Assembly (NCBI GenBank): GCA_009774175.1
Contig: VSNG01000002.1
Location: 11,095 to 75,094, forward strand
Length of the DNA stretch: 64,000 nt
From: Lachnospiraceae bacterium
GTDB taxonomy: Bacteria > Bacillota > Clostridia > Lachnospirales > Lachnospiraceae
Direction of reading: 5' to 3'
Positions 49,033-57,916 of the stretch are shown one piece after another. The first letter of the stretch is position 1. Each line of letters starts with the position of its first letter. The translations under genes and the position numbers were made by a program. The notes beneath the pieces were generated by a model, which made no database searches, was not told where the DNA came from, and worked only from the letters and a program-made list of their open reading frames with translations.

Positions 49033-49413
49033 TTATCTTTCCCCGGAATCCGCAAACAATGCCGCTGTCTCCACGCCGTCAGGATAGTTGATCAGTACGG
49101 CCCGGTTGGCTCCCCAAAACACAAAAATGCTTCCCGCTGCCGCCGCGCTGGCTCCGCTGTCTATCGCACGCCTGCAATCCTCAAGATTTCCCGCGCCGCC
49201 GCTGATACCTACAATACAGTCATATTTCTTACCTTTTCCCGAATTTTTCACCTCTGCGCCGAAAGCTGCAACGTCAAAATTCTTACGCTTTTCTTCCACC
49301 TCCCGCAGCTTTTTTCCTGCGCCTTTGCAATGATTGCAGACTCCCTGCTCATCGAACACAATTTCCGGGTCTGATGTATCCATAACGCAATGACTGCACA
49401 TCTGATATTCCAT
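49033..49413 (-). pseudogene. in-frame fusion relic: N-terminus of N-acetyl-sugar amidotransferase (WbuX/WbpG type) joined to C-terminus of HisF-like cyclase (WbuZ type)
   Basis: MEYQMCSHCVMDTSDPEIVFDEQGVCNHC...KKYDCIVGISGG matches the zinc-ribbon plus PP-loop start of the amidotransferase. It is followed directly by AGNLEDCRRAIDSGASAAAAGSIFVFWGANRAVLINYP, which matches a HisF/WbuZ C-terminus. Only 126 codons. GGAGG lies 5 nt before ATG 49413. Confidence 0.6.
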
Positions 49414-49472
49414 GATAACCTCCACACTACGCTGCTGCCCTGCAGCTTCACAGTTCACTCCGCTTCACTGCA

Positions 49473-50582
49473 TCAAATCAGTCCCGTAATTTTATCAATC
49501 TCGCTCTCCTGCAAATAGGCATGTAACGGAAGGGAAAGACATGTCCCGCTCACCTTTTGGGCCGTACCGCAGTCGGTCCTGTATGTCTGCGTATCGGCGA
49601 ACGCATGCAGCGCATGCATGGGCTTCTTATAATAAATCATACTGGGAATCCCGGCCTCCTTTAACCGACCCATGGCTTCCCCCCGCATCTTCTCATCCGC
49701 AAACTGCACCGTATACTGGGCCCAGCTCGAATAGTATCCCGGTAGAATCTCCGGCGTCTTCACCTTACCCCGCAGCCGCTCCGTATAAGCGCCCGCCAGA
49801 CGGTTACAGTTCTCCAGCTCTTCATCAAAAAAGGCCAGCTTTTCGCTCAGCACTGCCGCCTGTATCGTATCCAGTCTGGAATTCATGCCAAGGCGGATAT
49901 TGTCATACTTGTCCTCCCCCTTGCCGTGCACCTTAAAAGAGCGGACAAGCTGCGCCCACTCGTCGTTATCCGTAAAGACCGCGCCGCCGTCGCCATAACA
50001 GCCAAGAGGTTTTACCGGGAAAAAGGAGGTTGTGGAAATATCCCCGAAGCTGCACGCTCTTTTCTCTCCGATCCTGCCGCCGAATCCCTGGGCGCCATCC
50101 TCCAGCAAAAGCAGCCCCTGCTCCTGCGTAATCCTGCGAATCTTCTCATATTCGGCGGGCTGTCCGAACAAGTCCACTGCAATAACCGCCCGGGGCTTCA
50201 GCCTGCCCTCGGCTTTCACGCCGGCCACCGCCTCTTCAAGCGCCTGCGGCGACATATTAAAGGTATCCGCATCAATATCCACAAAAACCGGCGTCGCGCC
50301 TGTCCAAGGCACCACCTCGGCTGTGGAAAAGAAGGTAAAGTCCGGGACAAATACGGCGTCGCCCTCTCCCACGCCCCAGGCCATCAGCCCAAGCAGCAGC
50401 GCATCCGTTCCGTTTGCGCAGGAAATGCAGTGCTTTACACCGACATATTCCGCCAGCTGTTTTTCCAGCCTCGTTACCGGCTCTCCGCCGATAAACTGTG
50501 CGCTTGCCACGGTCTTTGCGATAGCGCCGTCTATGGCTTCCTTATGACGCATATACTGTGTTTTCAAATCTTTAAATTCCAT
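49473..50582 (-). CDS. DegT/DnrJ/EryC1/StrS family PLP-dependent sugar aminotransferase (WbpE/ArnB-like)
   Basis: NGTDALLLGL, DGAQGFGG, SFFPVKPLGCYGDGG (catalytic Lys). ATG 50582 follows the upstream stop at 50599. The 82 extra codons in the track overlap wecB and are rejected. Confidence 0.9.
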   Translation of the reverse strand: MEFKDLKTQYMRHKEAIDGAIAKTVASAQFIGGEPVTRLEKQLAEYVGVKHCISCANGTDALLLGLMAWGVGEGDAVFVPDFTFFSTAEVVPWTGATPVFVDIDADTFNMSPQALEEAVAGVKAEGRLKPRAVIAVDLFGQPAEYEKIRRITQEQGLLLLEDGAQGFGGRIGEKRACSFGDISTTSFFPVKPLGCYGDGGAVFTDNDEWAQLVRSFKVHGKGEDKYDNIRLGMNSRLDTIQAAVLSEKLAFFDEELENCNRLAGAYTERLRGKVKTPEILPGYYSSWAQYTVQFADEKMRGEAMGRLKEAGIPSMIYYKKPMHALHAFADTQTYRTDCGTAQKVSGTCLSLPLHAYLQESEIDKITGLI

Positions 50583-50598
50583 TTTTATCCGCCTTCTT

Positions 50599-51669
50599 TT
50601 AAATAAAATTTCTCTCCCGCAGCGCCTGTACCATCTTCGCCGCCGCGTGCCCGTCCCCGTAAAACTTCGGCCGCTTTTCAATCGCCACACGCTGCGCCTG
50701 AGACGCAAAGCGCAAAGCGTCCGCCACGCTCTCTTCGCTCTGCGGATCGACCTTATGCAGCCAATCCACCCGGGCCAGATCTCCCCATATATCCATATCC
50801 AGCATAAACAGGCATTTCGCCCCCGCAAAGGAAGACTCCTTGGACACGCCGCCGGAATCCGTCAGGATCAGCTTCGCGCTCTGCATAAGCTTCACCATCT
50901 CCACATATCCTATGGGATCCGTGATATCCAGATTGGAAACCGCCTGCGCCCTCTCCCACAGACCGTAATCCTGCAGGCATTTTCTGGTGCGGGGATGCAT
51001 GGGGCAGATCACCCGATCCCCCAATCGCTCCACCAGCCGTAAAATACTCTCCATACGCGTCCTGTCGGCAGTATTCTCCTGCCTGTGCCAGGTCATGACA
51101 ATCGGCTCTTCCTGCGCCTTTTCCTCCGCCGATTGTCCGGCAATGGCAAGATAGGTGTCAAACATGATATCGCCCGTCATAAAGGCGCGATCCTCCAACC
51201 CTTCCCTGCGCAGATTGTCCATGGAAATCTGATCCGGGCTAAACAGCACGTCCGAAAGATGATCCGTGGCGATCCGATTGCACTCCTCCGGATTGGACTT
51301 GTGCCCCACTCTTGGGCCCGCCTCCACATGGGCAATCGGAATGCACAGCTTCGCCGCAACCACCGCGCCGGCAAGGGTGGTATTCGTGTCCCCGTACAAA
51401 ACCACAAGCCGCGGCTTTATGCGAAGCAGCTCCTCCTCGATGCCGACCATAGCCTTTGCCGTCACCTGCGCATGGCTTCCGCCCCCTGCCGCCAGATTGA
51501 CACAGGGCGCGGGAATTTGCAGCTCCTGAAAAAACACATCCGACATATTCTCGTCGTAATGCTGTCCGCTGTGAATAATATTCTGTTCATACCCTTCCTT
51601 ATCCAGCTCCCGATACAGCGCGGCCAGCTTGATAAACTGGGGTCTGTTTCCTACAATATGTGTAATCAT
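50599..51669 (-). CDS. wecB: UDP-N-acetylglucosamine 2-epimerase (non-hydrolysing), WecB/WbpI family
   Basis: GNRPQFIKLA, HSGQHYD, VLYGDTNTTLAG, HVEAG. Confidence 0.9.
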   Translation of the reverse strand: MITHIVGNRPQFIKLAALYRELDKEGYEQNIIHSGQHYDENMSDVFFQELQIPAPCVNLAAGGGSHAQVTAKAMVGIEEELLRIKPRLVVLYGDTNTTLAGAVVAAKLCIPIAHVEAGPRVGHKSNPEECNRIATDHLSDVLFSPDQISMDNLRREGLEDRAFMTGDIMFDTYLAIAGQSAEEKAQEEPIVMTWHRQENTADRTRMESILRLVERLGDRVICPMHPRTRKCLQDYGLWERAQAVSNLDITDPIGYVEMVKLMQSAKLILTDSGGVSKESSFAGAKCLFMLDMDIWGDLARVDWLHKVDPQSEESVADALRFASQAQRVAIEKRPKFYGDGHAAAKMVQALRERNFI

Positions 51670-51684
51670 AAATTATTACCGCCT

Positions 51685-52794
51685 TTATTTTCCGATATAG
51701 TCTGCAATAGGCTCCATAACCGCCTCCATGCTCACATGTTCCCTCGCGAACTGCCTGATGGCGTCCGCCAGCTTTCCCTTATCAGGCTCTTTGCTTCTTA
51801 TCTTCCGATAAAAGGAAATGATATCCTCCGTCCTTACCGTACTCCCGTCGTTTGGAAATACAAGGGCATAGGGATAGTCGTCCGGCAGCACGTCAATCGC
51901 ACAGCCCGTGAGAAGAGGCATACCCTTGGCCAGACATTCTCTGGACTTGAGGGCTCCCATTTTCCCGAAAAACCGGGCCTTATACATGCCAAAGGAAATC
52001 AGCACGATCTCACATCTGTCGTACAGCTCGTCAAGAGGCTTTCCCACCATGGTGGGATAAAAGTGCACATATGCTTCCAGACCGTATCTGGCTGTCAGCT
52101 CCTGATAAAACGGTTTCTCCGGGCCGTCTCCCACCAGATGCAGATGCACCTGATATTCTTTTGCGCCGTCCGTCTGATAATATTGGCGCAGCCCCTCTAT
52201 GATGCGTTCGTAACCGTGATGCCTCTGCATGAAGGCTACGCCGATCAGATTGACCTCTCCTTCCGAAAAAGCGCCGCCGACCTTCGCCATGCTCTCCACA
52301 TTAATCCCATTATAGGTACAGATCGTGGGAACGCCAAAGATCTCCCGGTCTTTCGTATAGGTCACAAAACGATCCACATACTTTTTCAGCTGCGGACGAT
52401 AAAGCTTCTCTTTGACATAAAAAGGCCATGCATTCCACTTTCCGAAATCGTCTCCGTCATAAGGATACGTGAAAATCTCAATAATAATTTTGCAGGCCGG
52501 ATACCGTTCCCTGATTTTTTTAAAGAAACGGATATACGCCCTGTCCGCAACCGTCCGCCTGACATACACAAAATCCGGATGGTCAAGCCGGGCAAACGCC
52601 TCCTCATAATCCCTTGCGATGGAAGCTGTCGGAAACAGCCCGGCAATCCGCTGTGCCAGCGACCGTTTCGGCGTCCCGACCTCAATCTCCTGCATGTCAA
52701 AATACCTGCCAAGCTCTTCCATCTGCATGTCTATTTTCCTGCTGACACCGATGGACTGGCGCCCCTGAAAGTGCAGATAATAGCCTTTTTTCAT
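51685..52794 (-). CDS. putative GT-B-like glycosyltransferase
   Basis: 369 aa. VHLHLVGDGPEKPFYQELTARYGLEAYVHFY and SRECLAKGMPLLTG resemble the C-terminal half of GT1/GT4 enzymes. AAGGAG 9 nt before ATG 52794. The track start is TTG. Confidence 0.5.
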   Translation of the reverse strand: MKKGYYLHFQGRQSIGVSRKIDMQMEELGRYFDMQEIEVGTPKRSLAQRIAGLFPTASIARDYEEAFARLDHPDFVYVRRTVADRAYIRFFKKIRERYPACKIIIEIFTYPYDGDDFGKWNAWPFYVKEKLYRPQLKKYVDRFVTYTKDREIFGVPTICTYNGINVESMAKVGGAFSEGEVNLIGVAFMQRHHGYERIIEGLRQYYQTDGAKEYQVHLHLVGDGPEKPFYQELTARYGLEAYVHFYPTMVGKPLDELYDRCEIVLISFGMYKARFFGKMGALKSRECLAKGMPLLTGCAIDVLPDDYPYALVFPNDGSTVRTEDIISFYRKIRSKEPDKGKLADAIRQFAREHVSMEAVMEPIADYIGK

Positions 52795-52831
52795 AATAGC
52801 ACACTCCTTTTCCAATTGCAATCGCCGCCCA

Positions 52832-54262
52832 TCACCGGCACAATTGATAGCCGTCGTCTCCGTCTATTCCGAACGAATCGGCCACAATACCCGTAATCCT
52901 GTCAAAAACCACCACATTTATTCCGTTTTCAACCGTCTGATATCTCTGATTGTCAATGACGATCTCATTATCATATCCGCCGTCCGGCAGCTGCACTCTC
53001 TTAAGCCCAAAATCATGCCGGTCGGTCTCAAAATATCGTGAATCCTCTCCGTTACCGCTGCTCCAGACAATACCGTCACCGCCTGCAAAATGCCACAGAC
53101 CTCCGCCCTGCGCATCGCTGATACCCAGCGCGGCAAGTATGCCGCTGACAGCCGCCTCCTGCGGCTGACAGTATCCGTCCACCGAAACAAAAACATCGTA
53201 GTGATTTTGCAAAATCGCTTCCTGTATCAGACCCGTGTCTTCCGTTTCCCGAAGCTCCATATCCTTTAAAAGCGCATCCAGATACGCCGCGTTTCTCTCC
53301 CAGCCCTCGTATGCCAAATCTCCCCTGTGATCCGGAATATGATAGCGCCCGGCAATATATTCTCCCCACCCGGACGTAAATTTACAGCTGCCCCGGATAT
53401 TTAAATGCGACTCGTCAAGCATATCCGTCGCATAATTGATCGGCATCTCTTCTCTCATCACATTATAATTCAAAAACGGCGTCTCATACTCCTGTGCAAT
53501 TTTCTGCGCGGTATTGAACCGCATCAGGTCTTCCTCCGTCATGCTGGCAAAAGGGGCAACCACCACCATAATCGGGATGTTCCTTTCCCTTGCAAGGGCA
53601 AGGATGGCCCGGTAATACTTTTCCGATTTTTCCGTAAGCTCCTCACATTCGGTACTTGCGCCGATATCCGGCTCTTCCACGGACTCCGTTATCATTCCCG
53701 GTTCAAATCCCCTCCAGTCTCTGTACTTCTCAGCTTTCTTGTGAAACGTAAAATCCTCCTCCGACAGCTCCTTATACCGATCATGATACTGCGTATATCC
53801 AAGCAGAAATCCAAGCCGCTCTTCTTGCGGCACGCCGGCCCAAACTGCATCCAGCCTGTTTCGCGACCACTTCATACCGTAGGTATTCTTAATTGCGTAA
53901 CCAATATCAACAAATTCCTCCTCCTCCACTACGCGATAGCCTTCCAGCACAATCAATTTGGGCGTCTGCGTTTTAAGCGCTTCCCTGAGACAATAATAGG
54001 AATTCCACAAAGGCTGCGCAGAGCCCGACAGCACATAGGAAGATATTCCCTGTTCCCTCCACAGGACTCCCGTATTAAAGCTGCTGTAGGCATGACTGCT
54101 GCCCACCACCAGCACATCGACGGTATTTTTGTCCAGTTCATAAAATTTCTTCATGCTGTAAACGCCGTCGTCATCCTTGATTGAAAGCACATGATTCGCA
54201 TACCATAATACAAGACACAGGATCATTATGATCCCGACTGTCTTAACCGCTGTTTTCCTCAT
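52832..54262 (-). CDS. DltD-like SGNH-fold acyl-transfer protein, membrane-anchored (partner of the MBOAT)
   Basis: N-terminal signal-anchor VGIIMILCLVLWY. VVGSSHAYSSF (GSS nucleophile block) and LDESHLNIRG (Asp-x-x-His block), as in DltD-type proteins. Lies immediately downstream of the MBOAT gene. Confidence 0.55.
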   Translation of the reverse strand: MRKTAVKTVGIIMILCLVLWYANHVLSIKDDDGVYSMKKFYELDKNTVDVLVVGSSHAYSSFNTGVLWREQGISSYVLSGSAQPLWNSYYCLREALKTQTPKLIVLEGYRVVEEEEFVDIGYAIKNTYGMKWSRNRLDAVWAGVPQEERLGFLLGYTQYHDRYKELSEEDFTFHKKAEKYRDWRGFEPGMITESVEEPDIGASTECEELTEKSEKYYRAILALARERNIPIMVVVAPFASMTEEDLMRFNTAQKIAQEYETPFLNYNVMREEMPINYATDMLDESHLNIRGSCKFTSGWGEYIAGRYHIPDHRGDLAYEGWERNAAYLDALLKDMELRETEDTGLIQEAILQNHYDVFVSVDGYCQPQEAAVSGILAALGISDAQGGGLWHFAGGDGIVWSSGNGEDSRYFETDRHDFGLKRVQLPDGGYDNEIVIDNQRYQTVENGINVVVFDRITGIVADSFGIDGDDGYQLCR

Positions 54263-54276
54263 CGTTTTCTCCCCGC

Positions 54277-55770
54277 CTAAAATTGGAAATAGATAAACTG
54301 CTGCGGATCAAAACCCACGCCGTATTTACCGCAGACAAAGATCAGGACAACCAGTCCGATCATAATGCCCCCGCGAAACCAAAGGTTCTGCTGCATCAGG
54401 AAAACGTCCAACGTCATCTTTTTCCTGTATCTGACCAGGTCCACCAGGCCCAGCATACAGATTGACACAAGCAGAATATTCATCTCCGGCCGATCCAGTC
54501 CCAACGTAAAGATTTCTCCGTTAAACAATACCCAGGGCGTCGGCCTCACCCAGATTCTCCGAATGTACTGTAAAGCGTCTCCAATCGAGTCCGCCCGGAA
54601 AAAGATCCACGCAAACACCACAAGAACAAACGTCACCGCCGTCTGTAAAAACTTCCAGCTGAAGCACGCCGTATTAACCCGCAGCTTTCGAATGCATTTT
54701 TCCCTGAAAGACGCCAGATAATCTCCAATCACCTGATATGCCCCATGTATACCGCCCCAGACGACATAGGACCAGTCCGCGCCATGCCACAGACCGCTTG
54801 CCAGAAAGACGATCATGATATTCACTGATTTTCTGACGCGCCCCCTGCGGTTCCCGCCCAAAGGAATATAAAGATAGTCCCGAAACCATGTGCTCAGAGA
54901 AATATGCCACCTGCTCCAGAAGTCCCGTATACTGCATGCAAAATACGGCGTATTAAAATTCTCCATCAGCTCGAATCCCATAATTTTCGCCGCACCGATG
55001 GCAATAAGCGAGTAACTCCCAAAATCACAGTAAATCTGCAGCGCAAAGAAAACCGCAGCCAAAACCAGTTCCGTGCTTCCATACATACGGTAATTATCAA
55101 AAACCGTATTGACAAGGACCGCCGCCCTGTCAGCGATCACCATCTTCACAAAAAAACCCCATATCATCAAAATCGTTCCCGAGGTCACTCTTCTGGCATT
55201 CCACAGCTTTATTTCCGCAATATTCTGCATCTGCGACAAAAGATTCTTCGACCGTTCAATCGGGCCCGCCACAAGCTGCGGAAAAAAGGACACGAACAGC
55301 GCATAACGAATCAGATTCGTCTCCGCCCTGACGTCTCCCCGGTAAACGTCAATCGTATATCCAAGCGCCTGAAAGGTGTAGAACGAGATCCCCACCGGAA
55401 GCAGGAAATAAAATCTTTGATCAACAGAGCCGATATGCAGAAGCTCCAACCCCCTATCCAGTGAAGCAATCAGAAAATTACCGTATTTAAAGAAAAGCAG
55501 AATCCCCAGATTAATGCCAAGACATGAAAACAGCACTGTCAGCCTCCTGCCCGTTCGCCCTCTGTCCCGATATCTTTCTATCGCGATACCGCTTACATAT
55601 GTAATCAGGGTCGACGCCGCAATTAGCAGCGCATACCTGGCATTCCAGCTCATATAGAAATAATAGCTGGCCGCCAGCAGCCAGATCTGGCGAAGCGCTT
55701 TCGGAATCACAAAATACAGCGCCAGTACGACGGGGAAAAATATCATAAAATTTATTGAATTAAACTCCAT
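54277..55770 (-). CDS. MBOAT family membrane-bound O-acyltransferase (AlgI/DltB/PatA-like)
   Basis: MEFNSINFMIFFPVV start. WHISLSTWFRDYLYIPLGGNRRG and SGLWHGA (conserved His region). Polytopic. Confidence 0.9.
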   Translation of the reverse strand: MEFNSINFMIFFPVVLALYFVIPKALRQIWLLAASYYFYMSWNARYALLIAASTLITYVSGIAIERYRDRGRTGRRLTVLFSCLGINLGILLFFKYGNFLIASLDRGLELLHIGSVDQRFYFLLPVGISFYTFQALGYTIDVYRGDVRAETNLIRYALFVSFFPQLVAGPIERSKNLLSQMQNIAEIKLWNARRVTSGTILMIWGFFVKMVIADRAAVLVNTVFDNYRMYGSTELVLAAVFFALQIYCDFGSYSLIAIGAAKIMGFELMENFNTPYFACSIRDFWSRWHISLSTWFRDYLYIPLGGNRRGRVRKSVNIMIVFLASGLWHGADWSYVVWGGIHGAYQVIGDYLASFREKCIRKLRVNTACFSWKFLQTAVTFVLVVFAWIFFRADSIGDALQYIRRIWVRPTPWVLFNGEIFTLGLDRPEMNILLVSICMLGLVDLVRYRKKMTLDVFLMQQNLWFRGGIMIGLVVLIFVCGKYGVGFDPQQFIYFQF

Positions 55771-55821
55771 AGCTTTCTAACCTCTTTTATTGGCTCTCAA
55801 AAAATCCCTTCCGCCGCCGTC

Positions 55822-56730
55822 TCATCCGTAGTATGCCGATCTGCCAAAGCGTCCCCTGTGAAAATCCCTGACGCCAAGCCAGGTAGCCCTGACAAGCGCC
55901 CCCTTCCCCCGCAGAAGCCAGAGAAGACAACAGATAGCCCTGTTTATCACATAATAGAGCAGAAAAACAGGGTATCGCCTCCCCAACTGCAGCCGGCTGC
56001 ACAAAAGCCAGTTGCGGGCGATATAGTAAGCGCAAAGAGCGCTGTCCGCGCCCCTTGTGCTGGCCCCAACCTTATGATACATTACCGCCTGCGGGCAGTA
56101 CCAGATGGCAATTCCCTGTTTTTGCAGACGAAAGCTGTATTCCGTATCCTCATAGTAAAGAAAAAACCGCTCGTCCAGCGCGCCCGCCTGCTCAATCACC
56201 TGCATGGGTATAAACAGACAGCATCCCGTGGCAAAAAAAGTCCTGCGCTCCTCATCGTACTGTCCCCTGTCTTCTTCGTCCAGCCCGATATGCGCGACTT
56301 TTCCCACTACAGGCGATACCCGTCCGCCCGCCGACCAGATGCGCAGTCTGTCGTCACTGTAATAAATCTTCGGGACAATCATGCTGCCCGGATGTCTGTC
56401 CGCACAGGCCAGCAGTTCCTGCAGCATAGTCTCGCCGATCTCCGTATCGTTGTTTAAAAGCAGGACCGCATCCGCTCCCCATTCTCCGGCGAGACGGATC
56501 CCCACATTGTTGGCGTGGGAAAATCCGTAATTATCGGAGAGCTCCTTCACCTCCACGGATTCCTCTTCCCCATAACGCTCTCTGAGAACTTGCACGGAAC
56601 CGTCCTGCGAGGCGTTGTCTACCACAAAAATGCGCACCTGCGCGTCAGTTTTGCCTGCGCGGACGGATTCGATACACGCCTCGTTATATTTCTTTCCGTT
56701 ATAGTTTACTAAAACCACCGCCAGTTTCAT
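55822..56730 (-). CDS. glycosyltransferase family 2 (rhamnosyltransferase-like)
   Basis: LAVVLVNYNGKKY, VVDNASQDGS, NNDTE. Confidence 0.85.
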   Translation of the reverse strand: MKLAVVLVNYNGKKYNEACIESVRAGKTDAQVRIFVVDNASQDGSVQVLRERYGEEESVEVKELSDNYGFSHANNVGIRLAGEWGADAVLLLNNDTEIGETMLQELLACADRHPGSMIVPKIYYSDDRLRIWSAGGRVSPVVGKVAHIGLDEEDRGQYDEERRTFFATGCCLFIPMQVIEQAGALDERFFLYYEDTEYSFRLQKQGIAIWYCPQAVMYHKVGASTRGADSALCAYYIARNWLLCSRLQLGRRYPVFLLYYVINRAICCLLWLLRGKGALVRATWLGVRDFHRGRFGRSAYYG

Positions 56731-56781
56731 AAGTACCCTGTCCCTCTTTTGCCGTCATTGTCCGCGTTTCGGAATGGTCCG

Positions 56782-57897
56782 CTATCCCAGATACCGGCAC
56801 AGCGTCTCGTAATATTTTCTGCAAAGCTTCTCCTGATCATATACCTTAAAATCCATTTCTGCAACCCTGTCCACAGGATTTTCCATGGCCGCAATCCACG
56901 CCGCCTCGTCGTAGGGATCTGACACATAATTGGCCCTGCCCTGAGTGACCTCAGGAATGCAGGCACGATCCGTGGTGATGACCACCGCGCCAAAGAGCAT
57001 GGCCTCGATGGGCGGCATCCCGAATCCCTCAAACACGCTGGGAAACAAAAATGCACGACAGTGCTCATACAGCGTATTCCTCTCCTCGTTCTCTACAAAT
57101 CCCGTGAGGGTGACTTCCCGCTCCAGTCCTCTCTCCCTGATCCGCCGCTCCATGGCTTCCCTTCCCGCGCCATTTACGCCGGATATGAGAAGCCGGCAGG
57201 GCAGGCCGGTCTTTTCCCTCCTGATACGCTCCATGACTGCAAGCAGCGTTTCCAGATTCTTGTGGGGAATCATCTGAGACACCGTATAGTAATATGCCTT
57301 TTCCCCGATCCCGTACTTCTCGGAAAGCTCTGCAAAGGGAACCGTCTGCTTCCTGTCCACGGTAATGGGGTTATAAATCGTTGTGATATGCGAAGGCTTT
57401 ACATGATATCTGCCCACGATATCCTCCTTCACCCAGTCGGAAATCGCGACGATATGAGCGGAGCAGTGCACATCCAGCCACCAGCAGAGTCTGGAGTAGG
57501 CGATTTCATGAAGGGGATGATATTTCGGATAATGGGCGGCCTGTAAATCATGGATCACATTCACATAGGTAACGCCGCCGTTAAAAAGCGGCCTGCAATA
57601 TACCGGCGTAAAGCATTTCCGAATCCCCTTCTTTCGCAGAAACCGATTCTGACAGAAAAACTGCCAGAGGATGCGTCCGGCAATATTGGCGGAAACCACA
57701 TTCGTCTCAAGCAGCTCGATCCGCTTATCCTGCGTATAATGCAAAAAGGTCTCCCTGTTATCCGCAGACACCAGTAAAAAGAGATGAAAAGGCTCCTCCA
57801 GCTGCAAAAAACCGTCCAGAAGATTTCTGATAAAAAATTCCGTGCCGCCCACCTTTCTCGGGCGAAGCCAAAGCAAATCCACCGCTATCGTAAGCAT
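56782..57897 (-). CDS. glycosyltransferase family 4 (GT-B)
   Basis: FEGFGMPPIEAMLFGAVVITTDRACIPEV. AAAGGGGA before ATG 57897. Confidence 0.85.
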   Translation of the reverse strand: MLTIAVDLLWLRPRKVGGTEFFIRNLLDGFLQLEEPFHLFLLVSADNRETFLHYTQDKRIELLETNVVSANIAGRILWQFFCQNRFLRKKGIRKCFTPVYCRPLFNGGVTYVNVIHDLQAAHYPKYHPLHEIAYSRLCWWLDVHCSAHIVAISDWVKEDIVGRYHVKPSHITTIYNPITVDRKQTVPFAELSEKYGIGEKAYYYTVSQMIPHKNLETLLAVMERIRREKTGLPCRLLISGVNGAGREAMERRIRERGLEREVTLTGFVENEERNTLYEHCRAFLFPSVFEGFGMPPIEAMLFGAVVITTDRACIPEVTQGRANYVSDPYDEAAWIAAMENPVDRVAEMDFKVYDQEKLCRKYYETLCRYLG

Positions 57898-57916
57898 ATA
57901 TCCCCTTTCCGCCCTC

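Noticed and set aside
51085-52896. 603-codon plus-strand ORF, the longest plus-strand ORF in the track
   Set aside because: It lies entirely antisense to wecB and the adjacent GT-B-like gene, both of which have clear family motifs. Its translation is rich in R/H/L/P/I and has no recognisable motif. This is a typical shadow ORF of a same-phase antisense frame.
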